Shown piece by piece: positions 17,925-27,020 of a DNA stretch of 64,000 nt. How positions within the stretch are numbered: the first letter of the stretch is position 1; each line of letters opens with the position of its first letter. A model generated the notes under the pieces. That model saw nothing but the letters and a program-made list of their open reading frames with translations. It did not search any database and was not told the DNA's origin. The DNA is from an uncultured Mycoplasma sp. (GTDB lineage Bacteria > Bacillota_I > Bacilli_A > RF39 > UBA660), in the NCBI GenBank assembly GCA_964470055.1, contig CAYXZZ010000001.1, positions 6,291-70,290 of the forward strand, written 5' to 3'. The translations under genes were made by a program, and so were the position numbers.

Positions 17925-19327
17925 ATCTCCTTGAAGTAAGACAACAACTAATTTTAGGAGTACCTTTAACTAAACTAAACTTACGAGTAACAGATTATTC
18001 AAGAGTTTCAACCGATCATAAAACTCAACTTTCTTCATTGAAAAATCAAATCGACCATTTTGACAAAATGATTAATGATAATGAAAACTGGACCTACATC
18101 AAAGGCTATGTCGATGAGGGCATTACCGGAACTTCCGACATCAAAAGAGAAAACTTTATGCGAATGATTGAAGATGCCAAAAACAACAAGTTTGATTTAA
18201 TCATTACTAAGGAAATATCTCGCTTCTCTAGAAATACCTTAGACAGCATCAAATATACTCGCGAACTTTTATCTTATGGAGTTGCAGTATTATTCGTAAA
18301 TGACAATATTAATACAGCCCTTCCTGATAGTGAATTAAGGCTAACTATTATGGCTAGTCTTGCTCAAGATGAAATAAGAAGACTATCCGAACGAGTAAAA
18401 TTTGGTATGAATGAATCAATCAATAGAGGCAATATTTTAGGTCATAATAAACTATATGGTTATAAGAAAGATAAAATCACTAATAAACTTGTAATCATTC
18501 CAAAGGAAGCAAAAATAGTAAAAAGACTTTTTAATATGTATGTAATAAACAACAAATCTTTAAATGAAATAGCTAAAGTTTTCAATCAAGAAAAAATTCC
18601 CACTAACAGAAATTGCTTATGGAGCGCAACCACACTATCTAGAATGATTAAAAACATTAAATATAAAGGCTATTATTGTGGAAAAAAAACAGAAGTAATA
18701 GATTACATTACTAAAAAAGTAAAATATATTCCTGAAAGTGATTGGATAATATATAAAGATCCTAAAATACCGCCAATCGTCAGCGAAAGTCTTTGGGATA
18801 AAGCAAATACACGTCTAAAAAGTAAAAAAACAAAAAAACGTCAAAGTCAAAATAAATATTTATATACTTCCAAATTAATATGTAAAACTCACAATAAACC
18901 GTTCTATCGTCGAAAACAAAATAATATAACCTGGTTTTGTTCTGAATATTTAAATAAAGGAAAAGCATATTGTGATACTCCTAATCTAAAAGAAAACGAT
19001 CTTAATCAAGTACTTAAAGAAATATTTAAAAAAATAAATCTTGAACCTATCAAAAAAATTCTTCTAGATATTTATAAAAAATTAAATACTCAAAAAATAA
19101 ATCAAAACTTCTATCAAAAAATAGAAGAAAAGGTAACTATACCAAATATCTTTCCAATCTTAGTAAATAAACTAATCTCAAAAATTATAATTTCAAAAGA
19201 TAAAATCATCCTCTTAGATATCTATCTCAATTATAATATTCATCTAGTCCCCAATCAAATTATTACCATTTCCAGAAATAATTCAAAAGAGTTAATCAAG
19301 TTTCAAATAATTACTCATACAAATTAA
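17921..19327 (+). CDS. Large serine recombinase (resolvase/invertase N-terminal domain, recombinase domain and zinc ribbon)
   Basis: 'YSRVSTDHKTQ' carries the catalytic Ser in a resolvase fold. 'LIITKEISRFSRN' is also present. The C-terminus has Cys-rich 'CKTHNKPF...FCSEYLNKGKAYCD'. Confidence 0.85.
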   Translation: MNLLEVRQQLILGVPLTKLNLRVTDYSRVSTDHKTQLSSLKNQIDHFDKMINDNENWTYIKGYVDEGITGTSDIKRENFMRMIEDAKNNKFDLIITKEISRFSRNTLDSIKYTRELLSYGVAVLFVNDNINTALPDSELRLTIMASLAQDEIRRLSERVKFGMNESINRGNILGHNKLYGYKKDKITNKLVIIPKEAKIVKRLFNMYVINNKSLNEIAKVFNQEKIPTNRNCLWSATTLSRMIKNIKYKGYYCGKKTEVIDYITKKVKYIPESDWIIYKDPKIPPIVSESLWDKANTRLKSKKTKKRQSQNKYLYTSKLICKTHNKPFYRRKQNNITWFCSEYLNKGKAYCDTPNLKENDLNQVLKEIFKKINLEPIKKILLDIYKKLNTQKINQNFYQKIEEKVTIPNIFPILVNKLISKIIISKDKIILLDIYLNYNIHLVPNQIITISRNNSKELIKFQIITHTN

Positions 19328-19455
19328 ATAACACAAAATTATACATCCGCAGATACAACTGCTCATACTAGTTAACTATAAGATGGATAAAACCATCTTT
19401 TATTGTGTTCTTCAATATGATAAAATTAAAATAAGTGAAGGGAAGTAAATAGTAC

Positions 19456-20193
19456 ATGTTAAAAGAGTTTATTCTTAATGAACATCCAAAGTTTTTATTC
19501 AAACAATTTGGGCTAATTCATAACATTTTTATTTTAATTGTCATAATAGGAATGGTAATTATCTATCTAAACAGAAATAAGATTGCTCAAATAACACAAG
19601 AAAAATCAAAAAAAATTTTAAAAATAGGGGCAGTCATTTTATTAGTAAATATGCTCGTTTTTACAATTGGATTTTTATATTACGGTTGTTTTGACTATAC
19701 AAAACATTTACCTTTCCATTTATGCTTTATTGCCAACTACATGTTTATGTATGGAATTCTATTTGAAAAGGAAGAGATTTTAAAATACACGATTTTTCTC
19801 TGTTTTATTGGACCTATTCCAGCCATACTTTGGCCAGATATGGTTTCAACAATTGACAATATGGAGTGGTGGCAATATGTAATATCACATCATGTGTTTA
19901 TAATGTTAAGTTTCTTTTCATATTATGCTCTAGGCTATAAAGTAAAGTTAAAAAATTATCTTAAAGTATTCATTCTTACTAATTTCCTTATGCTAATAAT
20001 GTATCCTTTCAATTTAATTTTTAAAACTAATTATATATTTTCAACACAAATACCGGATAATGTTATGGTTTTATATCCTTGGTTAAAATATTTTCCACCC
20101 ATGTTAACCTTAGAGGTAGTAGGTTTATTAATTTCCGGTGTCATTTATTATTTCATAATCAAAAGAAGAAACAAAGAACTAGAAATTGTCTAG
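19456..20193 (+). CDS. Integral membrane protein, YwaF/TIGR02206-like
   Basis: 6-7 TM with an 'LPFHLCF' motif reminiscent of the TIGR02206 family. Confidence 0.4.
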   Translation: MLKEFILNEHPKFLFKQFGLIHNIFILIVIIGMVIIYLNRNKIAQITQEKSKKILKIGAVILLVNMLVFTIGFLYYGCFDYTKHLPFHLCFIANYMFMYGILFEKEEILKYTIFLCFIGPIPAILWPDMVSTIDNMEWWQYVISHHVFIMLSFFSYYALGYKVKLKNYLKVFILTNFLMLIMYPFNLIFKTNYIFSTQIPDNVMVLYPWLKYFPPMLTLEVVGLLISGVIYYFIIKRRNKELEIV

Positions 20194-20285
20194 TTCTCTT
20201 ATTTTTTTGTCAAATTATCGAAAAACGATAAAAATATATTGAAATTTAATATTAATGTGTTATTATATAACCAAGGAGGTATATT

Positions 20286-20753
20286 ATGAAAATATTTGGA
20301 AATAAAGGAATGGGAAATATACTAAAAATATTATTACAAGTAAGTATGTTAATAATAGGTCTAATTTTAATACTATTATATTGGGTAACAAAATGGTGTA
20401 ATTTGAACTTTGATTGGTTCATCATTATGATTTACCCTTGCGGTATTTGTTTCTTAGCCCTAATTTATCAATTTATAGGATTATTTAATACTTTAAAATT
20501 AAACAATCCCTTCTGTAATGAAAATGTCACAAGAATGAAAAATGGAATGTATTCAAGTTTTATCATTTCTTTCTTTATTACAATTGCTTTATTACTTACA
20601 ATCTTTATCTATAATTATTATTCTCTTCAATTCCAAGTAGCCTTGTTTTGTATGGCCGTTTTATTCTTTGGAGTGGGAATTGCACTTTATATTTTATCAG
20701 AATTATTTAAAGAGGCTACAAACTATAAAGAAGAAAATGAACTAACTATATAA
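20286..20753 (+). CDS. DUF2975-like small membrane protein
   Basis: Four-TM 155-aa protein immediately upstream of a YozG-like HTH gene, which is the known pairing for this family. Confidence 0.45.
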   Translation: MKIFGNKGMGNILKILLQVSMLIIGLILILLYWVTKWCNLNFDWFIIMIYPCGICFLALIYQFIGLFNTLKLNNPFCNENVTRMKNGMYSSFIISFFITIALLLTIFIYNYYSLQFQVALFCMAVLFFGVGIALYILSELFKEATNYKEENELTI

Positions 20754-20766
20754 AGGAGGAAAAACT

Positions 20767-20988
20767 ATGTCAATAATTGTTAATCTAGATGTCATGATGG
20801 CCAAGAAAAAAATCTCCTCACAAGAGTTGGCAGATAAAATCGGTATAACTCAGGCAAATCTATCTATTTTAAAAACAAACAAAGGTAAAGCAATTCGCTT
20901 TACAACTCTAGAAAAAATCTGTGAAGTATTAGACTGTAAACCAGGAGATATTCTTGATTATCAAAAGGAAAGTGATACAAATGAGTAA
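20767..20988 (+). CDS. XRE-family HTH transcriptional regulator (YozG-like)
   Basis: 'ISSQELADKIGITQANLSILKTNKGKAIRFTTLEKICEVLDCKPGDIL' is a Cro/C1 HTH. 73 aa. Confidence 0.8.
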   Translation: MSIIVNLDVMMAKKKISSQELADKIGITQANLSILKTNKGKAIRFTTLEKICEVLDCKPGDILDYQKESDTNE

Positions 20989-22411
20989 TCTTTTATTATT
21001 AATTTTTATTCTCACAATATGGCATTCAATCTTGTTTTATGGTAAAAATTTAGGTCTATCAGTAATTCTTTTTATCCTTCCCTTATTACTATTTCTATAT
21101 AATACGTTAAAAGACAAAATAAAAAATAGAAAAGGTCTACTATTAATAATTCCTATAGTTCTTTTATCATTAACTTATCTATTATTTGATAATACTTTCT
21201 TTAAAGTGATAAATATCCCAATCATCACTATACTATTTATCTTATTATATATTTTTACTATTAAACCAACATTTAATCTAAGTAATCTAGTAGAAAGTAT
21301 AGTTACTTTATTATTTGAACCGTTCAACTACATTTCAAATATCTATCATTTAGTAATAGAAAACATCAAACAAAAAATCAAAATGTCTAATCAGACCAAA
21401 AAAATTATAAAATCAATACTAATAATTTTACCAATAATTCTGCTTATATTAGTATTACTCTCAACTGCAGATCAAATGTTTAACAGTATATTTAAAAAGT
21501 TATTTACTAGTTTAGAAGAACTATCAATCCCATATTTACTAAAAGAACTTCTAATGCGTTTAATTCCTATTATCATATTATTTTTCTACCTAGGCGCAAC
21601 CATTAATTTTATTCTATATAATTATTCTAAGACAAAATATGAAGAGAAAACCACTCAAAGAAAAGTTGATAGCCTTACTATAAAATTATTACTAACCACC
21701 CTAAACATAATTTACATAATCTTTGATATTATTCAAATAAGGTCATTACTTCTTCATCATGTTTCAATGGATATAAGTTATGCAGAATATGCAAGACAAG
21801 GATTCTTCCAACTAATGTTTGTCTCACTTATAAATATTATTGTCATTCTAATTTCTAAAAAGAGCGAAAACAAAAAAGATAAAAAGACAACTACTTACAT
21901 TAAAGTTATGAACATATTAATGATATTTCTAACATTTATCATTATAATATCTGCGTTTATTAGGATGTATATGTATGAGTGCGAATTTGGTTATACCTTA
22001 CTAAGATTACTAGTTTATATTACTTTGGCTACAGAAATAATTCTTCTTATTCCAACAATAATCTACATTACAAATTCCAAATTTAATATTGTAAAATCAT
22101 ATATGATAATTTTAATAAGCGTCTATACCATAATTAATTTTATAAATGTTGACTACATAATAGCCTACAAAAATATAAATAGATACTACAATAAAAAAGA
22201 ATTAGACATTGTCTATTTAGAAAACAATAGTGCAGATAATATTCCACTATTAATTGATTTATACAATAAAACAACAGATCAAGGTCTAAAAGAAGAACTT
22301 AAAGATTATCTAACTTCTATATCTGTAAAACCAAATAGTTTTCAAGAATATAACATTTCAAAAGTAAGGGCGACCAACTTAATAAAGAATATAGATAATT
22401 TCAATAAGTAA
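20981..22411 (+). CDS. Polytopic membrane protein, hypothetical
   Basis: ~12 TM. The likely true start is the ATG at 20981, overlapping the HTH stop (ATGAGTAA). The ORF track gives 20954. Confidence 0.5.
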   Translation: MSNLLLLIFILTIWHSILFYGKNLGLSVILFILPLLLFLYNTLKDKIKNRKGLLLIIPIVLLSLTYLLFDNTFFKVINIPIITILFILLYIFTIKPTFNLSNLVESIVTLLFEPFNYISNIYHLVIENIKQKIKMSNQTKKIIKSILIILPIILLILVLLSTADQMFNSIFKKLFTSLEELSIPYLLKELLMRLIPIIILFFYLGATINFILYNYSKTKYEEKTTQRKVDSLTIKLLLTTLNIIYIIFDIIQIRSLLLHHVSMDISYAEYARQGFFQLMFVSLINIIVILISKKSENKKDKKTTTYIKVMNILMIFLTFIIIISAFIRMYMYECEFGYTLLRLLVYITLATEIILLIPTIIYITNSKFNIVKSYMIILISVYTIINFINVDYIIAYKNINRYYNKKELDIVYLENNSADNIPLLIDLYNKTTDQGLKEELKDYLTSISVKPNSFQEYNISKVRATNLIKNIDNFNK

Positions 22412-22524
22412 ACACAAAAATATATCGACAAAGAAAAACTCTTTGTCTTTTGTTCTTACTCAAGAAAATCTTGTTTTATCTATAAATTTATGTTATAATG
22501 CGTCGTGCTAGGAAAGGGATTATT

Positions 22525-23322
22525 ATGATTAATTATCGCCAAAATAAAAAAAGATATAAACCAAACGAATTAGGGAGTCTATATGTGGACGAATCGAAAT
22601 TAAATCCACATGAGCAACCGGTTATCTACATTGGTGGTCAAATGGAACACCGTTGCCATATCTTAGAACAAACAGGACTAACAGGAGATCAAGGACACAA
22701 TATGTTTACGGGCTCTTGGTTTTATGATTATCCAATTTTTTCAAAGAATAAAGGTAGTTACAATGCTACAAACTTCACCAATAACCTTTTAGAGTCTTTA
22801 CAAGCAGCAAATCTTCATGACGTTATTCTTATTACTGAAAGTTATGGAGGAACAATTGCCTCGCTCGCAACAAAATCAGATTTAATTTCAAAAGCAGTTG
22901 CTATTCATCCATCTATTTTAGGAACATCCCTTGCTAATCCTTATTATTTAGAAGATTTCAAGCAGTATTTTAATAAACGTCAACTCTTAATTTTAAAGGC
23001 CTTAAAAGTTGCTATTAATCCAGAGTATGGTTTTGAACAAGATAACTTCAACGGAATTAATCTAAGAAATGTCGATTTTGATAAACTATTAGTAGTCGGA
23101 AGTTATATTAATCAGGAAACAGAAACAAATCCCATATTACTTGAAACAAGTGATATGATTCAAAAAGTAACTTCAAATAGAAATGATGGAGTAGTTGTTT
23201 TTGAACCAAGAGAGTTTGAACGATTAGGTATTCTATATCTCCAGGAGGACGAACATAATAATCACTTAGCGGCAGGTACCAAGGAACATATTGCGAAAGT
23301 ATACCAAAAAACATTAAAGTAA
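22525..23322 (+). CDS. Alpha/beta-hydrolase-fold protein (lipase/esterase-like), hypothetical
   Basis: 'ILITESYGGTIA' is a nucleophile-elbow-like motif. The start is ambiguous (22498 or 22525). Confidence 0.4.
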   Translation: MINYRQNKKRYKPNELGSLYVDESKLNPHEQPVIYIGGQMEHRCHILEQTGLTGDQGHNMFTGSWFYDYPIFSKNKGSYNATNFTNNLLESLQAANLHDVILITESYGGTIASLATKSDLISKAVAIHPSILGTSLANPYYLEDFKQYFNKRQLLILKALKVAINPEYGFEQDNFNGINLRNVDFDKLLVVGSYINQETETNPILLETSDMIQKVTSNRNDGVVVFEPREFERLGILYLQEDEHNNHLAAGTKEHIAKVYQKTLK

Positions 23323-23952
23323 GGATGTACACCCGTATATTCTTTTTGTTACCTTATCATCAAATAGTGAAACAAAATCTCCATTTCCTCCAATAAAAGA
23401 ACCACTCATTGCTGAAAATGCTACTGATGTATCTAACGTCACTTCATTATCTGAATCAATTCCATTTTGCTTAAGAACATATTTTAAAGTCATTTCCGGC
23501 ATACCATACGCTCTCCCAGCAATAATTGTTTTTCCTTTTAAATCATCTAATGTAAAATTATCAATTTTCTCTCTAGACACCAAGAAAGAACCATCTTTTT
23601 GTGTTAATTGCGCAAAAGTTTTCAAATAATCTTTTTCTCCACCATTATAAACATAGATTGTTGCTTCACTTCCAGAAAAACCAATTTCTGCATCACCTGA
23701 CAATACAGCCGCAGTAACTTTATCTGCACCATTTGCCAATATGAGTTCAACATCTAATCCATATTCTTCAAAGTAACCTTTCTCTAAAGCCACGTATTGT
23801 GGAGCATAAAAGATTGTATGTGCAACCTCCGCAACAGTAATTTTCTCTAACTCTGTTTGTTCTTTGCTACTGCTAGCATCAAATAAAACAGAACATGCAA
23901 GTATCAACAGTAATACTGCAAATAAAACATAAATAACTAATTTCTTTCTCAT
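23314..23952 (-). pseudogene. 5' (N-terminal) fragment of the disrupted NMT1/SsuA-type substrate-binding lipoprotein gene
   Basis: A lipoprotein signal 'LLLILAC' and SBP N-terminal half are followed by '...GGNGDFVSLF'. The ORF then runs into element DNA ('DDKVTKRIYGCTSLL*'). Confidence 0.7.
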
Positions 23953-24184
23953 AAATCTCCTTTCTAACTAAAGTATTATATGAATAATAAAAAAATATGT
24001 TATATCGAACTAATGACAACTAAAAAAACATATGATATCATCTAAATAAGAGAAACAGAGGAGTAAAATAACAAATACTACTTCCATATTTTAGAAGTAA
24101 TTATTGCAATTACAATAAATTTTATCATTAGATTAATTCACACCAAAAGAAGAAAAAACTTAAAAATTAATAAGGAGAATCACT

Positions 24185-24727
24185 ATGAAAATATTATTTA
24201 TATCAGATATTCATGGAATAAAAACTAATCTTTCCAAAATAAAACAACGTTTTACTGAACTAGAGTGTGACAAATTAGTTGTATTAGGAGATTTATATTA
24301 TATTGGACCAAGGAACAAAATGATTGAAGGATATAACATTGATTATGTAAGAGAATTCCTAGAATCATTTCAAGATAAATTAATCTGCATCAAGGGAAAC
24401 TGTGATTCAGAAGTAGATAAACTTGTTTCAAATTTTCCCATAATAAACGAATTGGGTTTAATTGCAACCATCAACGAAGATTTATATTTAACTCATGGAC
24501 ATATATATAATGAAAGTAACTGGCAAAAAACTAACTCAATACTAATATATGGTCACCTTCATATTCCTTTCATCAAAGAAATAGACACAAATCTTTATAT
24601 TAATCCTGGTTCAATATCTTTACCAAAATCAGATGTTGGCCCAACATATCTATTCTATAATGAAGATGAATTTATTATTTATGACATTAATGATCAAATA
24701 ATTGCCAAGAAAGAACTGAAAAACTAA
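24185..24727 (+). CDS. Metallophosphoesterase (YfcE/MJ0936-type phosphodiesterase)
   Basis: 'ILFISDIHG', 'LGDLYY', 'GNCD', 'LTHGH' and 'GHLHIPF' are calcineurin-like metal-binding motifs. Confidence 0.75.
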   Translation: MKILFISDIHGIKTNLSKIKQRFTELECDKLVVLGDLYYIGPRNKMIEGYNIDYVREFLESFQDKLICIKGNCDSEVDKLVSNFPIINELGLIATINEDLYLTHGHIYNESNWQKTNSILIYGHLHIPFIKEIDTNLYINPGSISLPKSDVGPTYLFYNEDEFIIYDINDQIIAKKELKN

Positions 24728-24854
24728 AAAAATTTCAAAAAATGTTCAAAATGAGCTTTTTTTGACTATAATAATGAGACAAGTGAGATAAAAACTTGCA
24801 AAAATCAAATATTTGTGTTATAATATAGCCACATTTAGTGAAGGGGGAAAAAAT

Positions 24855-26375
24855 ATGAAAAAATTAACACAATTAACAAAAAACATTTTATTAGTATTAG
24901 TTAGTGCCGTAGTTTTATTAACAACTATCAATACTAATGCCGTTGCTTCATCTATTGAATTAGGTGGAACAGAAATTGTACCAGGTTATGTTTCAGGAGT
25001 AAAATTCACTACAAAAACAAAATCAGATGGTACTTTATTATACTGTCTTAATATGAATAAAAAGACTGCTAAAAATATTACTGCTAATTTAGTAGGAGAA
25101 AGAGATGCCGGAGTTGCTTATATCGTAACAAATGGTTATCCAAACAAAACCTTTACAGGTGAAAAACTAAAAGACTACTACATCACTCAAACAGCACTTT
25201 GGTGGTATTTAGACAACACAACTGGTAGTTCAAATCTTAGTGAAAAATTCAAAACAACAGGTGAAGATGAATACAACTTAAGACCAACAATTAAAGCATT
25301 AGTTGCCAAAGCAGAAGAAGCAAAGAAAGCAGGATATGCCAAAACAGAATTGGCTATTACAACAAGTAACGTAGAAATGACTTTAGAAGATGGATACTTC
25401 ATTTCTAATGAAATCTATGCTAAAACATACAGTAACATTTCAAGTTACAAAGTATCAGTAAGTGGAGCAACAAATGCTGTAATTATTAACTCTGCTGGAA
25501 AAGAAGTTACATCAGTAAACGTAGCCGATAAATTCAGAGTAAAAGTACCAGCAAGTTCAGTTAAATCAACTGAAATGTCAATTAAAGTTACTGCAAGTGC
25601 AACAGGAGTAGTATATAAAGCATATGAATATCAACCAACAGATTCAAGCATGCAACCAATAACAGCGGCTATTCCTGAAAAAGAAACAGTAACTGCTACT
25701 GCTAACTTAACATTAGAAATTGAATCATCAAAAGTAAGTATTGTAAAAGTTGATAAAAATACTCAAAATGCTCTACCAGGAGCAACCTTAGTATTAAAAG
25801 ACTCAAATGGAAATGTCGTAACAAGTTGGACATCAACAAATAACTATCATGTAATTAGAAACTTAAAAAATGGTACATATACAGTTGCCGAAACTGTTGC
25901 ACCAACAGGATATATTTTAAATAGTACGCCTGTTACATTCACTATTACAGATACAAACAGAGACATAAAAGTAAAAGTAGAAAACACACCAAGAGATGTA
26001 GTTGTTAACATCTTAAAGGTTGATGCCTCTACTCAAAATCCATTAGCCGGAGCCGTATTAGTTCTAAAAGATTCAGCAGGTGTCGAAATAACAAGATTTA
26101 CAACAACTACTGAACCAGAAGTATTTACAGATTTAGCAAACGGAACTTATACAGTTGAAGAAATTTCTGCTCCAACTGGCTACATGAAAAGTTCTGAAAA
26201 AATAACATTTACAATTACAGATGAAAATCAATCACATCAAATTATATTTGAAAACCATCCAGAAGTACCAGTGCCAAACACTGACACATCATCACTAATT
26301 ATCACATTATTAGGTATTGTAGTAATCGGTTTAGGAATCAGCTTCGTATATAAGAATGGTAAGAAATCTCAATAA
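24855..26375 (+). CDS. Surface adhesin with an N-terminal thioester (TQXA) domain and two Cna-B/prealbumin-like domains
   Basis: Signal peptide present. 'LLYCLN' (Cys) and 'YYITQTALWWY' (TQxA[LIV]W) form the thioester pair. Two repeats read 'KVD.(S)TQN.L.GA.LVLKDS.G'. The C-terminus is 'PVPNTDTSS' followed by a hydrophobic stretch and 'KNGKKSQ', a sorting-signal-like tail. Confidence 0.65.
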   Translation: MKKLTQLTKNILLVLVSAVVLLTTINTNAVASSIELGGTEIVPGYVSGVKFTTKTKSDGTLLYCLNMNKKTAKNITANLVGERDAGVAYIVTNGYPNKTFTGEKLKDYYITQTALWWYLDNTTGSSNLSEKFKTTGEDEYNLRPTIKALVAKAEEAKKAGYAKTELAITTSNVEMTLEDGYFISNEIYAKTYSNISSYKVSVSGATNAVIINSAGKEVTSVNVADKFRVKVPASSVKSTEMSIKVTASATGVVYKAYEYQPTDSSMQPITAAIPEKETVTATANLTLEIESSKVSIVKVDKNTQNALPGATLVLKDSNGNVVTSWTSTNNYHVIRNLKNGTYTVAETVAPTGYILNSTPVTFTITDTNRDIKVKVENTPRDVVVNILKVDASTQNPLAGAVLVLKDSAGVEITRFTTTTEPEVFTDLANGTYTVEEISAPTGYMKSSEKITFTITDENQSHQIIFENHPEVPVPNTDTSSLIITLLGIVVIGLGISFVYKNGKKSQ

Positions 26376-27006
26376 TAAACAGGAAAAAAGAATCTCTTCT
26401 ACTACAATAGCTGTCATTGGTTCAGTGATAATTCTAATAGGAGGATTCTTTCTTTCTTATAACTACATTCAGTCTAAAAAGATAGTGGCTTTTGACTACA
26501 TGGCCAATGTCTTCTATCAAGCAGAAGAAGTAGAAATATTAGAACACGATGGTGAATTACAAGAAGAACAAACAGAAGAATTAGGGGAAGTAACTAACGA
26601 ATATATCGGTTACTTAACAATACCAAAAATAAACCTAAAAAAAGGTTTCTTAGATATGCGATCAGAGTTAAATAACGTCGAACAAAATATTGCAGTCATT
26701 GAAGGTTCCTCTTATCCAGACAAAGAAAAGGGAAACTTAATTATTGCAGCACACTCTGGTTCAGGATGGAAAGCATTCTTTAATGATCTATACAAATTGT
26801 CAACAGGGGATATCGCAGAAGTATCATATAAAGGAAAAAAATATACATACAAAATAGTAAATATCTATAAACAAGAAAAAACAGGAAAAATTGCTATTTA
26901 TAGAGATTACGAAAAAACAACATTAACATTAATTACATGTACCAACTTTGACAACGCAACACAGACAATTTACATTGCTGAATTACAAGATGTTGTAGAA
27001 GAATAA
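26356..27006 (+). CDS. Sortase (transpeptidase)
   Basis: N-terminal TM, 'IIAAHSG' (His) and 'TLTLITCTNFD' (TLxTC catalytic Cys). Confidence 0.8.
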   Translation: MVRNLNNKQEKRISSTTIAVIGSVIILIGGFFLSYNYIQSKKIVAFDYMANVFYQAEEVEILEHDGELQEEQTEELGEVTNEYIGYLTIPKINLKKGFLDMRSELNNVEQNIAVIEGSSYPDKEKGNLIIAAHSGSGWKAFFNDLYKLSTGDIAEVSYKGKKYTYKIVNIYKQEKTGKIAIYRDYEKTTLTLITCTNFDNATQTIYIAELQDVVEE

Positions 27007-27020
27007 AAACTTCATGGGGG

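Larger units (their letters stand above)
13091..23377. mobile_element. ~10.3-kb integrated element inserted in the SBP gene, bounded by 13-bp imperfect direct repeats TAGTG(T/A)AACAAAA
   Basis: Direct repeats at 13091-13103 and 23365-23377 (12/13 identical). The two halves of one SBP ORF sit on either side and re-join in frame (GDFVSL|REPNA) if the element is removed. The tyrosine integrase gene abuts the left end. Confidence 0.75.

Noticed and set aside
20954-20980. Upstream start (20954) for the 12-TM membrane protein
   Set aside because: That ATG lies inside the HTH regulator coding sequence. The ATG at 20981 gives the common ATGA stop-start overlap and starts directly at the first hydrophobic helix.
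13091-23377. Possibility that the inserted element is a prophage
   Set aside because: It has no capsid, terminase, portal, tail or lysis genes. The cargo is membrane and secreted proteins plus two recombinases, so it was called an integrative element instead.
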